DNA of 64,000 nt, from contig CASFBJ010000008.1 of assembly GCA_949292875.1 (NCBI GenBank), positions 4,547 to 68,546 of the forward strand. The letters are read 5' to 3'. The stretch is from an uncultured Christensenella sp. Its GTDB lineage: Bacteria; Bacillota; Clostridia; Christensenellales; UBA1242. The translations under genes were made by a program, and so were the position numbers. The notes beneath the pieces were generated by a model. The model searched no databases. It was not told the origin of the DNA and was given only the letters and a program-made list of their open reading frames with translations. The stretch's first letter is position 1; the number at the start of each line of letters is the position of its first letter. Below are positions 1-10,304 of this stretch, piece by piece.

Positions 1-1
1 A

Positions 2-655
2 GGTGAGGAACTTGAAATATCTAATCCTTACAATATGCCTCCAGTTGCTGAAATTGTAAGTTGGGAAGAACCAATAGTTAATATGGATATATACACACCG
101 CCAGAATACGTAGGTGCTGTAATGACCTTGTGTCAAGATAGAAGGGGTGTATATAAGGATATGCAATATTTAGATAGTAAAAGAGTAGTTTTAAAATATA
201 CTATGCCTTTAAATGAGATAGTATATGACTTTTTTGATGTTCTAAAAAGCAAAAGTAGAGGTTATGCAAGCCTTGATTATGAAATGTGTGGCTATCAAAC
301 AAGTTCTTTAGTTAGATTAGATATATTATTAAATGGTGAAATGTGTGATGCTTTAAGTATAATTGTACATAAAGATAAGGCATATATAAGAGGAAAAGCT
401 ATAGTAGAGAAACTAAAGGAAGTTATACCTAGACAACTTTTTGAGATACCTGTGCAAGCTTGTATTGGGGCAAAAGTTATAGCGAGAGAAACTGTTAAGG
501 CATATAGAAAAGATGTACTTGCTAAATGTTATGGTGGAGATATAACAAGAAAAAGAAAACTTTTAGAAAAACAAAAAGAAGGTAAAAAGAGAATGAGACA
601 AGTAGGAAATGTAGAATTACCTTCTGAAGCTTTTATTTCAATACTTAAGATATAG
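2..655 (+). CDS. lepA: Elongation factor 4 (LepA), C-terminal part; the 5' end is outside the window
   Basis: The frame is open from base 2. LepA C-terminal signature [51 protein letters not shown]. Followed directly by hemW. Confidence 0.9.
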   Translation, partial: GEELEISNPYNMPPVAEIVSWEEPIVNMDIYTPPEYVGAVMTLCQDRRGVYKDMQYLDSKRVVLKYTMPLNEIVYDFFDVLKSKSRGYASLDYEMCGYQTSSLVRLDILLNGEMCDALSIIVHKDKAYIRGKAIVEKLKEVIPRQLFEIPVQACIGAKVIARETVKAYRKDVLAKCYGGDITRKRKLLEKQKEGKKRMRQVGNVELPSEAFISILKI

Positions 656-1783
656 ATGCAAGAACTTTCTTTGTATCTCCATATTCCTTTTTGCGAAAAG
701 AAGTGTAAATATTGCAATTTTATTTCATTTGAAAATTCATTTTGTATGATTGATACCTATATTAATCATTTAATAAAAGAAATACAAAAAACTCATATAG
801 AAAATGTTATAATTTCAACTATATATATAGGTGGCGGAACGCCAAGTTTATTAAAGGAAAAGCATTTAAAAAGTATCTTTAAAACAATATATTCGTTGTA
901 CAATGTTAAAAATGACGCTGAAATAACTATAGAAGCAAATCCTAATTCTTTAACTAAAGAAAAACTTTTATATTATAAAGAATTAGGCATAAATAGATTA
1001 AGTATAGGTATACAATCTTTAAAAGATAAATGCTTGCAATCCTTAGGCAGATTGCATACTGCAAAACAAGCTAAAAAAGTAGTAAGACTTGCAAGCAATA
1101 TAGGGTTTAATAATATAAGTGCAGATTTAATGCTTGGTATACCATTTTTGCATAAAAAAGATATTTGTAAAAGTGTAAATTTTTTATCTAAATACTGCAA
1201 CCATATTTCTGCATATACGCTAATTTTGGAAGAGGATACTCCATTATATAAAGAAGTTCAAGAAGAAAAAGTACATTTACCTGTGGAAAAAAAGTGTATA
1301 AATCAATATAGTTTTGCATACAAATTTCTAAAGAAAAAAGGATATACAAGATACGAGGTTTCTTCTTTTGCTAAACCTAATTATGAAAGTAGACATAATA
1401 AAAAATATTGGGATTTTAGTAATTATTTAGGATTGGGATTAGCTTCTCATTCCTATATAAATGATGTAAGATATAGTAATCCTACAACTTTTGAAGAGTA
1501 TTTTGATTTAATAGAAAATGACAAAGAAGAATTAAGACAAAAGGAAAAAATTTCCATTTTAGAGAAAAAAGAAGAATACATTATGCTTTCTTTAAGAAAA
1601 AGTACAGGAATAAATTTATTAGATTATTCAAATGAATTCAATGAAGATTTGCTTAAGAAAAAAAATAAAGAGATTACATATTTGTTGCAAAATAAATTTT
1701 TAGAGATTAAAAATAATCATCTTTATGCTACAGATACTGGAATGATGGTACTTAATCAAATAATTTTAAAACTTATTGATTAA
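656..1783 (+). CDS. hemW: Radical SAM heme chaperone HemW / coproporphyrinogen III oxidase-like
   Basis: N-terminal LYLHIPFCEKKCKYCNF (CxxxCxxC radical SAM motif). Contains GGGTPS. The ATG abuts the lepA stop. Confidence 0.85.
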   Translation: MQELSLYLHIPFCEKKCKYCNFISFENSFCMIDTYINHLIKEIQKTHIENVIISTIYIGGGTPSLLKEKHLKSIFKTIYSLYNVKNDAEITIEANPNSLTKEKLLYYKELGINRLSIGIQSLKDKCLQSLGRLHTAKQAKKVVRLASNIGFNNISADLMLGIPFLHKKDICKSVNFLSKYCNHISAYTLILEEDTPLYKEVQEEKVHLPVEKKCINQYSFAYKFLKKKGYTRYEVSSFAKPNYESRHNKKYWDFSNYLGLGLASHSYINDVRYSNPTTFEEYFDLIENDKEELRQKEKISILEKKEEYIMLSLRKSTGINLLDYSNEFNEDLLKKKNKEITYLLQNKFLEIKNNHLYATDTGMMVLNQIILKLID

Positions 1784-1852
1784 ATTTGAAAAATCTTAAA
1801 AACTATAAATATTTTGTAATCAATTGAATAAACTACCTATGAGGTAAGTTTT

Positions 1853-2566
1853 ATGTTTCAATTGAGTTTATGCGTTAGCGGTTTAAACGAAGATTATATA
1901 GACAAAAGTAAAAAAGATTTTAAAAACAAGATTATATCTTTAGATGGTGTTTTTTCTTTATATGAAAAAGGTGATTTTACATATTTTTTAATAGTTTCTA
2001 ATAAAAATACTGAGAAGATAATAAATATTGTTAAAAGTTTTATTTTTGATGCAATTATAAATTGTTTTAAGCTGAAATTAATTGTAGAAAATCTTAAATA
2101 TGATTTTGAAAAAGATATAAAATATCATGCTCTTATTCAAGCTTTACTTAGTTTTGATAGCGCTTGTGATGAAGAGTATTTGCTTAGTAAAATAGATTTA
2201 TCGTCTAATGAGTTTTACATAGAGTCTTTTTATTATTTTAAATGTAGATTAATGAGAGAAAAATGGCTTCAACTTATAGAAATTACTAATCAAAATTCAA
2301 AGCTTTTAAATGTAGAAGACAATTATCTTGATGTAATTAGATTTTTAATTGAAGGTATAGACAAGAAGCAAGATATTATAATTGAAGCGAAAGAAAAAAG
2401 TTTTCAAGTCTGTACAAACGAAAAAGTATTTTTGTTAGAATCTTATAAATCGTTAATGGATTTTATTATAAAAAACAATCCAAAGAAAATTTGTGTAAAA
2501 AATGTAGATAAAAAGTTTGTAAATTTTCTTAAACAACTTTTTTCTTCTAGGGTTATAGTTTGCTAG
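1853..2566 (+). CDS. Hypothetical protein, possibly YtxC-like sporulation protein
   Basis: 237-aa ORF with RBS gaggtaag upstream. Weak resemblance (FYIESFYYFKCRLMREKW) to the YtxC family. Assignment is from memory only. Confidence 0.45.
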   Translation: MFQLSLCVSGLNEDYIDKSKKDFKNKIISLDGVFSLYEKGDFTYFLIVSNKNTEKIINIVKSFIFDAIINCFKLKLIVENLKYDFEKDIKYHALIQALLSFDSACDEEYLLSKIDLSSNEFYIESFYYFKCRLMREKWLQLIEITNQNSKLLNVEDNYLDVIRFLIEGIDKKQDIIIEAKEKSFQVCTNEKVFLLESYKSLMDFIIKNNPKKICVKNVDKKFVNFLKQLFSSRVIVC

Positions 2567-2685
2567 TAAGCAGACTATTTTTTTGTAAAAAAATAGGCTT
2601 TTTTCTGTAGTTTTGTTATATTTGTTTGCAAAATATAAGATAATATATTATAAATATATTAAAACATTAAATATAGAAGGTGCAT

Positions 2686-5600
2686 ATGAGGGCTTTAAAA
2701 GTAATTATAAGTTGTATTATTTGTGTGGGTTTATTAGGTGGAGTTGGTTATGGTATATATACAGCAATAGTAAACCAAGGCTCAGAAGTTTCCATATTTG
2801 TTGATGGAGAATTTTTTGATATAAATGACATTGTGAAAGACTATGATAGAATCGCAGAAGGTACGACTATAGTTTTACCAAGCACTGATGAAGACCTTGC
2901 GACTTTTGGTATAAGCAAAGAAGGGTATTCTTTTGGGGGTTGGTACTACGATGCAGGTTATACAAGATTAGTTGAAAATTCATCTTTTGTGAAAAGTAAA
3001 GGATTGATTAATCTTTATCTTCAATGGAAACCTAAAGATTATACAATTTATACAATAGAATTAAAAGATGTATATGCGGAAGATTTTGATTTTAAAAATT
3101 TTGGAAATATAGATTATTATAAGCAAATAGCAAATATACAAAATCAAGATGATTTTGCACCAAATATTATCTCATATAAAAGCTCTATTATGTTGCCTGC
3201 AAAATCTTCAGCACAAAGAGGATATGAATATGTATGGATAAAGTGGATAGGTGAAAGTGAATATGAAAAAGATGAAAGTGATATGCCTATCTACTACAGT
3301 GGAGGGTATCAAGTAACAAGCGACGCTGTATTTGTACAGTGTAAAATGCCTAAAAAATATACTGTAACATATAAGTATATAGATGAGATGGGAGTAGAAC
3401 AAATAATTGGTCAAACTCAGTTAAGATTTAATGAAGAAACAGACAATATATATCAAGAAATTACAGAACTAAATTATGCTAGAGTAGGTTATGACTTTAA
3501 AGAATTTTATCTTCAAGTTGGCGAAAATAAAATATCAATAGATAGTTCTGCTTACATAAATGAATATATATTAAGTGCGGTGGGTGATACCGGAAAATTT
3601 GATTGTTATGTTGCATATACACCTAAAAAATATGAAATAAGAATTGTAGGTTATGCTGATGGTAATCCTATATATACAGATGGAAATCTTGAAATAAATA
3701 TTGCTGAAAATATTGATTATTATAGCAATTTGCAAACTTATTTAACAGATAAATATCAAAACACAACATTACTAGTTAGAAATTTCTTGATATTTCAAAA
3801 CTTTACTTTAGAAAATGGCGAAGTTATAACAGAAGAAACTACAATGCCTGCTTACAATATAGAAGTTAGGGCAAATTATAGCATAAAGAGTTATGTAGTA
3901 GATATACAATTATCACTAAAAGATGAGACAGTGTCTTTAAATGCGGGAGAACAAGAAGAGTATAGATATGGCACAGCGTTTGATATAGATAATGATATGA
4001 GAGACTTTACATACGCTTTAAATCAAGGAATTAATACAAAAAATTATTTTACTGATGAGTTTGTTTTTGCTTCATACACTGTCTCTAGAGAAGGAGAAGG
4101 TGACATAGAAGGGATAACAGACATTGATGGACTAAAAGGCCTTGCTTGTTTGCAACAAATGGATAAAGATGTGGTTATTACTATAAATACAACTAAGTCA
4201 AGATTTTTTGTGGCGTATACTGAATATAGTTTAGCAGATGACAAAGTTGTCAAAGTTTATGAAAGACATGAGATATTTTTTGATGATATGACAGGTGCGG
4301 GACACGTGCAAGTTGCAGGTACTCCTATAAAGGCTAATAATGAGCTTGGTGGCTGGAAATTAGTAGATACTGCAACATTTGGTGACTATGCATACATAGA
4401 TTATGGTTATACAATATACAAATCTCAAGTAACAGATGATGTGATAGCCTATGCTGAATGGTATGATACAGACATGTCTGGAGATTTTTCTAGGTATTGG
4501 AATTATGTACTAAATGATGAGAATAAGACAGCAACAATTACATCATATAACGGCTCAAAAGTTAATATTGCTATACCAAAGTCTATACAAGTAAGCGGTG
4601 AGCTATATACTATTACAAGCGTAGGTGATGGTACAAAGTCTGTTTTGTCAACTACATCTTCTGTGAAGAAGATAATTATTCCAACAAGTGTGATACTTGT
4701 AAATTCCAATGCGTTTGCTGGAGCGAATAAAGTAGATGTAAGATTCAAAGATTCAGACACTAATGAAAGAAACCTTGTAATTTCTTCTTTTGCTTTTACA
4801 TCTTTCTTTGATTCAAAAGGAAGCCATTTATACGGAGTGAAGAGTGTATATTTGCCAAAAAGAACATTAGAAGTACAAGAAGGAGCATTTGCTTACAATA
4901 GTTATCTTGAAAATGTAGATATAAATAGTGAAAATGGAACTTATACGATATTTAATGATGTAGAAAATGGCGTAAATGTTCTCTATAAAAATAATGGAAT
5001 AGATAGAGAATTAGTCGTGTATAGTGCTAGAAATAAGATAGCTGATTTTACTATTCCTAGCGATGTGTCAAGAATATGTAGTTATGCATTTTCATACAGC
5101 GAGAAATGGGGAGATGCGCCTAGCTTAAGAAATGTTAGGATAGAAAGTTCAAATCATTTAAAGGAAATAGGCGATTATGCTTTTGCAAATCAAATGACAT
5201 TAAATTCTGTTTATTTTCCAGAATTAAACAATCTAACGACTTTAGGAGAAGGTATATTTGATAAAGCTTTCAGTATTTCAAATGTCCAAAACAAATATGA
5301 TATAGCATTCAAGTATGTAGCTTTTGACTTTAATCATTTAAATAAAATACCTGCAAAAATGTTTAACAATAATATTTTCTTACTTTCTATAGATATGCGT
5401 AATGCAGATATGATTACAGAAGTTGGCGCTAATGCATTTCATCAATGTGGGCAAAAATATGTAGAGGAATCTAGTAATCAAAATGATAATTTTATAAATT
5501 ATTATAGTTCAAGCTACACAAATATTCATAATGATGGAATAGCATATTTAGAAAATAATTTTGGAGTAGTTTGGAATAATGAACCGGATAGCGTCTTTAA

Positions 5601-6558
5601 ACAATTGTTATTAGAATATACACAAGCGTTTGTACTTGCAGATAATCAATTGTCAAAAGTTGACGAAAGTGCCTTTAGAACTACTGTAGTAAATGTATAT
5701 TTAGCAAATAATAATTCTATATCAATAGATACTCAATTAAAAATTTATGCTTTTTATGGTACAACTTTTAGAGCTTTAAATAGTATGCAATACAATACAA
5801 ATTATCAAAGTGTGGCTTCACCAAATGTTGTAATGGAAATAGATAGTATAATTATAGAGATGTATTCATTCTATAAATCAGTGCTAATTGATATGGGTAT
5901 AAAATTTGTAGATTGTATATTTCTAGTAGGAAGTTCGGGCGGTCAATCTTTTAGAGATTTTAAAATTATTGATACAACAAATACGCCAGGAACATATAAT
6001 TTTGAAGTTATAATAAATAATCAAATTGATGCAGAAGTTGATGGTTCAAATGTTTCTAGTACAACTATAAAATCTGGTGTATTTGCTAATATGAACATGC
6101 CTAATTCTAATGTTTCTTTAAATGTTAAAAGTGGCTTAAATGCAACATTAGGTGCGCAATCAATGTATAGAATAAATTGTAATGAATTAAATATAACTAA
6201 CATTATGAATGTGGCAAACAATGCATTTGCTGATGCAGAAGAAAATAGTATGCAAACAAGTGCTTTTGACTCTGCTAAAAAAATAACTTTTACAAATTGC
6301 AGTTTTGATATTGAAGTTCAAATTATTTCTGGAACAGAAACAATAAATAAGTTTAGGAATCTATTATTTTATGAAATGAGAACTTTAAAAACTGTTGTGT
6401 TTAATAATTGTACAAATATATACAATAGATTTAGTACAGATGAAAATTATAAAAACAACTTTAATACATTTAAGACTTTGTATTGCCCTTATGTAGATGT
6501 TGCCTCTGATGATGTATTTAAAACTATAACTGTAAATTTTAGAGAGAATACTATATAA
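2686..6558 (+). CDS. Large cell-surface protein with an N-terminal membrane anchor, Listeria-Bacteroides type repeats and BspA-type leucine-rich repeats
   Basis: N-terminal hydrophobic segment VIISCIICVGLLGGVGYGIY. GYSFGGWYYDAGYT repeat motif. Many LRR_5-like units (IAIPKSIQV..ITSVGDGT, IIIPTSVILVNSNAFAG, FTIPSDVSRICSYAFSYS, LKEIGDYAFANQ). ATG at 2686 follows RBS gaagg; the track start at 2680 is a GTG. Confidence 0.8.
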   Translation: MRALKVIISCIICVGLLGGVGYGIYTAIVNQGSEVSIFVDGEFFDINDIVKDYDRIAEGTTIVLPSTDEDLATFGISKEGYSFGGWYYDAGYTRLVENSSFVKSKGLINLYLQWKPKDYTIYTIELKDVYAEDFDFKNFGNIDYYKQIANIQNQDDFAPNIISYKSSIMLPAKSSAQRGYEYVWIKWIGESEYEKDESDMPIYYSGGYQVTSDAVFVQCKMPKKYTVTYKYIDEMGVEQIIGQTQLRFNEETDNIYQEITELNYARVGYDFKEFYLQVGENKISIDSSAYINEYILSAVGDTGKFDCYVAYTPKKYEIRIVGYADGNPIYTDGNLEINIAENIDYYSNLQTYLTDKYQNTTLLVRNFLIFQNFTLENGEVITEETTMPAYNIEVRANYSIKSYVVDIQLSLKDETVSLNAGEQEEYRYGTAFDIDNDMRDFTYALNQGINTKNYFTDEFVFASYTVSREGEGDIEGITDIDGLKGLACLQQMDKDVVITINTTKSRFFVAYTEYSLADDKVVKVYERHEIFFDDMTGAGHVQVAGTPIKANNELGGWKLVDTATFGDYAYIDYGYTIYKSQVTDDVIAYAEWYDTDMSGDFSRYWNYVLNDENKTATITSYNGSKVNIAIPKSIQVSGELYTITSVGDGTKSVLSTTSSVKKIIIPTSVILVNSNAFAGANKVDVRFKDSDTNERNLVISSFAFTSFFDSKGSHLYGVKSVYLPKRTLEVQEGAFAYNSYLENVDINSENGTYTIFNDVENGVNVLYKNNGIDRELVVYSARNKIADFTIPSDVSRICSYAFSYSEKWGDAPSLRNVRIESSNHLKEIGDYAFANQMTLNSVYFPELNNLTTLGEGIFDKAFSISNVQNKYDIAFKYVAFDFNHLNKIPAKMFNNNIFLLSIDMRNADMITEVGANAFHQCGQKYVEESSNQNDNFINYYSSSYTNIHNDGIAYLENNFGVVWNNEPDSVFKQLLLEYTQAFVLADNQLSKVDESAFRTTVVNVYLANNNSISIDTQLKIYAFYGTTFRALNSMQYNTNYQSVASPNVVMEIDSIIIEMYSFYKSVLIDMGIKFVDCIFLVGSSGGQSFRDFKIIDTTNTPGTYNFEVIINNQIDAEVDGSNVSSTTIKSGVFANMNMPNSNVSLNVKSGLNATLGAQSMYRINCNELNITNIMNVANNAFADAEENSMQTSAFDSAKKITFTNCSFDIEVQIISGTETINKFRNLLFYEMRTLKTVVFNNCTNIYNRFSTDENYKNNFNTFKTLYCPYVDVASDDVFKTITVNFRENTI

Positions 6559-7148
6559 TGAAGATAATTACAAAAAATGGCTATTTTGAACAATCTATCA
6601 ATAAATCTAGATTTATAGGTTTCGCATATTTTGTAGATAGTGAAGAAGATGCACAAAAACTTATAAAACAAATACAAAATAAATATTATGATTGTAGACA
6701 TGTAGTGTATGCCTACAAAATAGAACCAAATATAGAAAAAAAAGGAAATAGTAGCGAGCCTGCAGGTACTGCAGGTGCGCCTATTTTATCTGCTATAGAA
6801 AAAAACGAATTGACTAATGTTTTAGTTGTTATTGTCCGCTATTTTGGAGGAGTTCTTTTAGGTGCTAGTAATCTTTATAGGGCGTATAGTTCTACCGCTT
6901 TAAACGCTTTACAAAATGCCGAATTGAAAGAGATGGAATTATATTATGCTTGCTCTATATTATGCGATTATGCTATCTATAATCAAATATTGTCTTTATC
7001 CAAAAAATATAGTGATATAAAGATTTTGAAAACATTTTTTGGAGATAAGATAGATATAAAAATAGCATATAAAGATATCTCAAAATATGATTTTATAGAT
7101 AAAATAATAAAGACTCAAAATGCAAAGGTAGAAAGTGTATGGCTATAA
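6558..7148 (+). CDS. YigZ / IMPACT family (UPF0029) protein
   Basis: Motifs SSEPAGTAGAPIL and VVIVRYFGGVLLGASNLYRAY are typical of YigZ/IMPACT N-domain proteins. Confidence 0.8.
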   Translation: MKIITKNGYFEQSINKSRFIGFAYFVDSEEDAQKLIKQIQNKYYDCRHVVYAYKIEPNIEKKGNSSEPAGTAGAPILSAIEKNELTNVLVVIVRYFGGVLLGASNLYRAYSSTALNALQNAELKEMELYYACSILCDYAIYNQILSLSKKYSDIKILKTFFGDKIDIKIAYKDISKYDFIDKIIKTQNAKVESVWL

Positions 7149-7150
7149 TA

Positions 7151-7762
7151 ATGCAAATAGAGAAAAAACCACGAATAAAGAATGTGTTTGTTATTGCTAT
7201 AGATACTGGAGAGTATTTTGACATATATGATGAATACATTGTTATGTCTAGGTTAAAAGTAGGTAAAGAAATATCTGAAGAAGAGTTAAAGCAAATAGCG
7301 ATAGAAAGTATGGAAAAGATAGCAAATCAGTATTGCTTACAAACTTTAACTAAAGGAATGAAAACTAAAAAAGAATTATTTGATAAGTTGTTACAAAAAA
7401 ACATAACTGAAGATGTTGCTACTATTGTATTGAAGAAACTTGAAAACTATGGTTATATAAATGATAATGCTTATGCTGAATTGTATATATCTATAGCAAA
7501 AGATAAAAAGGGTATATATGCTATAAAAAGAGAACTTGAACTTAAAGGTATAGATAAAGAACTAATTGAAGAACTTTTTGAAAATAGGGAAGATGATTTT
7601 GAGGTTGCTAGTAAAATAGCAGAAAAATATATGCGTAATAAAGAAAATACATATAAAAATAAATCTAAACTATATGCACATCTAGTGTCAAAAGGTTTTG
7701 GTTATGATACTATAAATGCTTTACTAAATTTGTATAATTGGAATAATGATAAAATTGAATAA
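7151..7762 (+). CDS. recX: RecX-like regulatory protein
   Basis: Repeated three-helix units: KKELFDKLLQKNITEDVATIVLKKLENYGYINDNAYAELYI, then GIYAIKRELELKGIDKELIEE. The start at 7151 (MQIEKK) is preferred over 7139. Confidence 0.65.
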   Translation: MQIEKKPRIKNVFVIAIDTGEYFDIYDEYIVMSRLKVGKEISEEELKQIAIESMEKIANQYCLQTLTKGMKTKKELFDKLLQKNITEDVATIVLKKLENYGYINDNAYAELYISIAKDKKGIYAIKRELELKGIDKELIEELFENREDDFEVASKIAEKYMRNKENTYKNKSKLYAHLVSKGFGYDTINALLNLYNWNNDKIE

Positions 7763-7818
7763 AAAAAGTACTCTATGGAAGTTTTCCTATAAGGTTTACT
7801 TCGTAAGAGTACTTTTTC

Positions 7819-8073
7819 TTAACCAACAAGTTGAGTCAATTTTGACACTCTTCTTGCAGCGTTATTTTTATGTATAACGCCTTTGTTTGCGCAAGAGTCT
7901 ATATATGAAACAACTTCAGGTAACATAGCTTTTGCTTGCTCCATTTCACCATCTTTTACTAATTTTTCTAATTTTTTAGTAAGTGTAGCAAGTTTGCTTT
8001 TTATCATTCTATTTTCCGCTGTTTTCTTATCTATTACTTTTATTCTCTTTTGAGCAGATTTAATATTTGCCAC
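7819..8073 (-). CDS. rpsT: 30S ribosomal protein S20
   Basis: MANIKSAQKRIKVIDKKTAENRMIKSK is the canonical S20 N-terminus. Length is 84 aa. Confidence 0.92.
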   Translation of the reverse strand: MANIKSAQKRIKVIDKKTAENRMIKSKLATLTKKLEKLVKDGEMEQAKAMLPEVVSYIDSCANKGVIHKNNAARRVSKLTQLVG

Positions 8074-8217
8074 GACTTTATCTCCTTACTTTTCGTTATT
8101 TACTATACGAGTATATCATACAAAAAAATAAAATGCAATAAGTTTTTATAAAAATTTTTATTTTTTGTATATCATAATTTTAATAATTTTGCAAAAACTA
8201 TTTTTGGAGGATAAAAT

Positions 8218-9072
8218 ATGAAATTCTATTCTGATGTGGCAAATGAACTTATTTCTAATAGTTGTAAAAGAGATGAAACCAAATTAGATTATGGTTGTAC
8301 ACAAGTTATTATACATATAGATTCTGTTAAAAAAGAAAAACTTTTTGGAAAACCTAAAGGTGAATATTTTACATTAGAATGTGCAAATCTTTTTGCTTTA
8401 GCGCCTGTAGTTATGGAGTATATGATTGAAAACCTTGCAAAATATCTGCAAAAAAAGATTAATGATATGCTCAAAAAAGAAGAATACAAAGTATTAATAG
8501 TTTGTCTTGGGAATGATAACCTTGTTAGTGATTCACTAGGCGCAGAAGTTTTTGATAACTTAATTGTTTCTCATCAGTCTATAACAAATAATGTTCTTTA
8601 TGCTCTTAAGCCTAGTGTATATGGTAAAACTAATATAAAAAGCGTAGAGCATATTCAGGCAATGGTAAAAAAACTAACTCCAGATATTTGTATTATTGTA
8701 GATGCGTTGTGTGCAAAAAGTATATCTAGATTAGGAACATGTGTGCAAGTGTGCGATAGTGGAATTGTGGCAGGTGGCGCTGTAAATAGGGGTGTAGATA
8801 TGATATTGTCAAAAAGAACTTTAGGAGTGCCAACATTATGTATAGGTTCGCCACTAGTTGTGCGAGTAGAAAATATATTAAACGAATTTATGCAAGATTT
8901 AAGTGATATAGATGTAGATGATGATAATCTTTTATTTGGAAAATATAGAAATGTGGTTGTTGCTCCAAAAAACATAGATGAGATAGTAAAACAAAATGGT
9001 TATATGATTGCTTCTGCACTTAATTATGCTATTTTGAAACTTAATGTAGATGAACAAGATAAGATAAGATAA
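8218..9072 (+). CDS. gpr: Germination protease (GPR endopeptidase, peptidase A25) homolog, short form
   Basis: LIVCLGNDNLVSDSLGAEV and IIVDALCAKSISRLGTCVQVCDSGIVAGGAVNRG...LGVPTLCIGSPLVV match the two GPR active-site regions. rpsT-gpr adjacency is the same as in Bacillus. Confidence 0.72.
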   Translation: MKFYSDVANELISNSCKRDETKLDYGCTQVIIHIDSVKKEKLFGKPKGEYFTLECANLFALAPVVMEYMIENLAKYLQKKINDMLKKEEYKVLIVCLGNDNLVSDSLGAEVFDNLIVSHQSITNNVLYALKPSVYGKTNIKSVEHIQAMVKKLTPDICIIVDALCAKSISRLGTCVQVCDSGIVAGGAVNRGVDMILSKRTLGVPTLCIGSPLVVRVENILNEFMQDLSDIDVDDDNLLFGKYRNVVVAPKNIDEIVKQNGYMIASALNYAILKLNVDEQDKIR

Positions 9073-9193
9073 GATAAGATAGTATTATTGTTTATAAATT
9101 GCAATAAAGAGTAAAAGGGATATTTTTGTATCCCTTTTAACTAAAAAATGCAATACATGTAATATTTTTTTTATGTACATATATATTTATAAT

Positions 9194-9898
9194 ATGAAAA
9201 AGATATTATTCATTGATAGCGGGTTGGGCGGTGCTAGTATAATAAAAAATTTGTATCAAATGGATAAAAAATACGATATTGTTTTTTATGTTGAAAATAA
9301 GTTTGCACCATTAGGCAAAAAATCTAAAAGCTTTTTATATAAATTAGCAAAAAATATAATACTTGATATGCAAAGCAAATGCGAAATAGGCTTAGTTGTT
9401 TTAGCATGCAATACTCTAACTGTTGCTTGTATAGAAAAGCTGAGAAAAGAATTTGATATAGAGATAATAGGGACAGAACCTAATGTGAAAGTGGGAGAGG
9501 GTAACACATTAGTACTTGCTACTACTTTTACAATTAAGCATTGTAAAATAATAAAAAATAAACCATTCAAAAAAATATCTTTGCCAAAATTATCTAAAAT
9601 GATAGATAAAAATTTTGATAACTTGCAAGCATGTTTGCCATATTTAAGTAAAAGATTAAAAGGTTGCAAAAATATTTCAAATGTTATTTGTGGTTGTACT
9701 CATTATGTTTTTGTTAAACCTTACATAAAACTACTCTTAGGTGAAGTTGTTTTTTATGATGCGGTTAATGGTGTTTCAAACAGAGTTGTAGAACTTGCAA
9801 GTAATTTTGAAAAAGAAAAAAATACATTTGAACTTATACTTTCTAAAAAAGATACAAAATTATCAAACTATATAACTACATATCTTTTTAAAAACTAA
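9194..9898 (+). CDS. murI: Glutamate racemase
   Basis: FIDSGLGG, ACNTLT and GCTHYVF motifs (the two catalytic Cys regions). The start at 9194 (MKKILFIDSG) is preferred over 9173. Confidence 0.8.
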   Translation: MKKILFIDSGLGGASIIKNLYQMDKKYDIVFYVENKFAPLGKKSKSFLYKLAKNIILDMQSKCEIGLVVLACNTLTVACIEKLRKEFDIEIIGTEPNVKVGEGNTLVLATTFTIKHCKIIKNKPFKKISLPKLSKMIDKNFDNLQACLPYLSKRLKGCKNISNVICGCTHYVFVKPYIKLLLGEVVFYDAVNGVSNRVVELASNFEKEKNTFELILSKKDTKLSNYITTYLFKN

Positions 9899-9932
9899 AA
9901 TATAAAATATTCAAAAATTATTTTTAAAAACC

Positions 9933-9962
9933 TTGACAATGTATATTTACTTATGCTATTAT
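9933..9962 (+). promoter_or_regulatory. Sigma-A type promoter for rpoBC (TTGACA, 18 nt spacer, TGcTATTAT)
   Basis: TTGACA at 9933-9938 and TATTAT at 9957-9962 preceded by TGc. A leader of about 340 nt follows before the rpoB start. Confidence 0.5.
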
Positions 9963-10304
9963 TATCTATATTATGGGGAATTGTCGCACGGTTATGAAAA
10001 TTTTTGGTGTATTTAACTTAGTTTATAAAATATAATTGCATTTAGGCACACTTTGGTGGGCCTTTTTCTAGTTATAAAAGACTAAGGGATGTGGCCGTTT
10101 TATGTGAGTCGCATATCCATTGACTATATTCCTAACATTTTAACTAAGGTTACTTAGTATGCGTTTAGATTTGTATCTAAAAACAGTTTCTCATTGTCTA
10201 ATAATCAAATTGCACTTGATTTGACAAAAAATTATATTAGACGAGCATGAGACATTTTTTTGTCTAAAATGCCTTTGATTAGTAAAAATAGGAGAATGAG
10301 TAAA

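Noticed and set aside
7766-7817. Possible small RNA between recX and rpsT
   Set aside because: The 9-bp inverted repeat (aagtactct/agagtactt), flanked by A- and T-runs, is adequately explained as a bidirectional terminator for the two convergent genes.
9057-9079. (GATAA)n microsatellite across the gpr stop codon
   Set aside because: There are only about 4.5 short units in a very AT-rich genome, and nothing suggests a function beyond possible slippage. It is not worth a finding.
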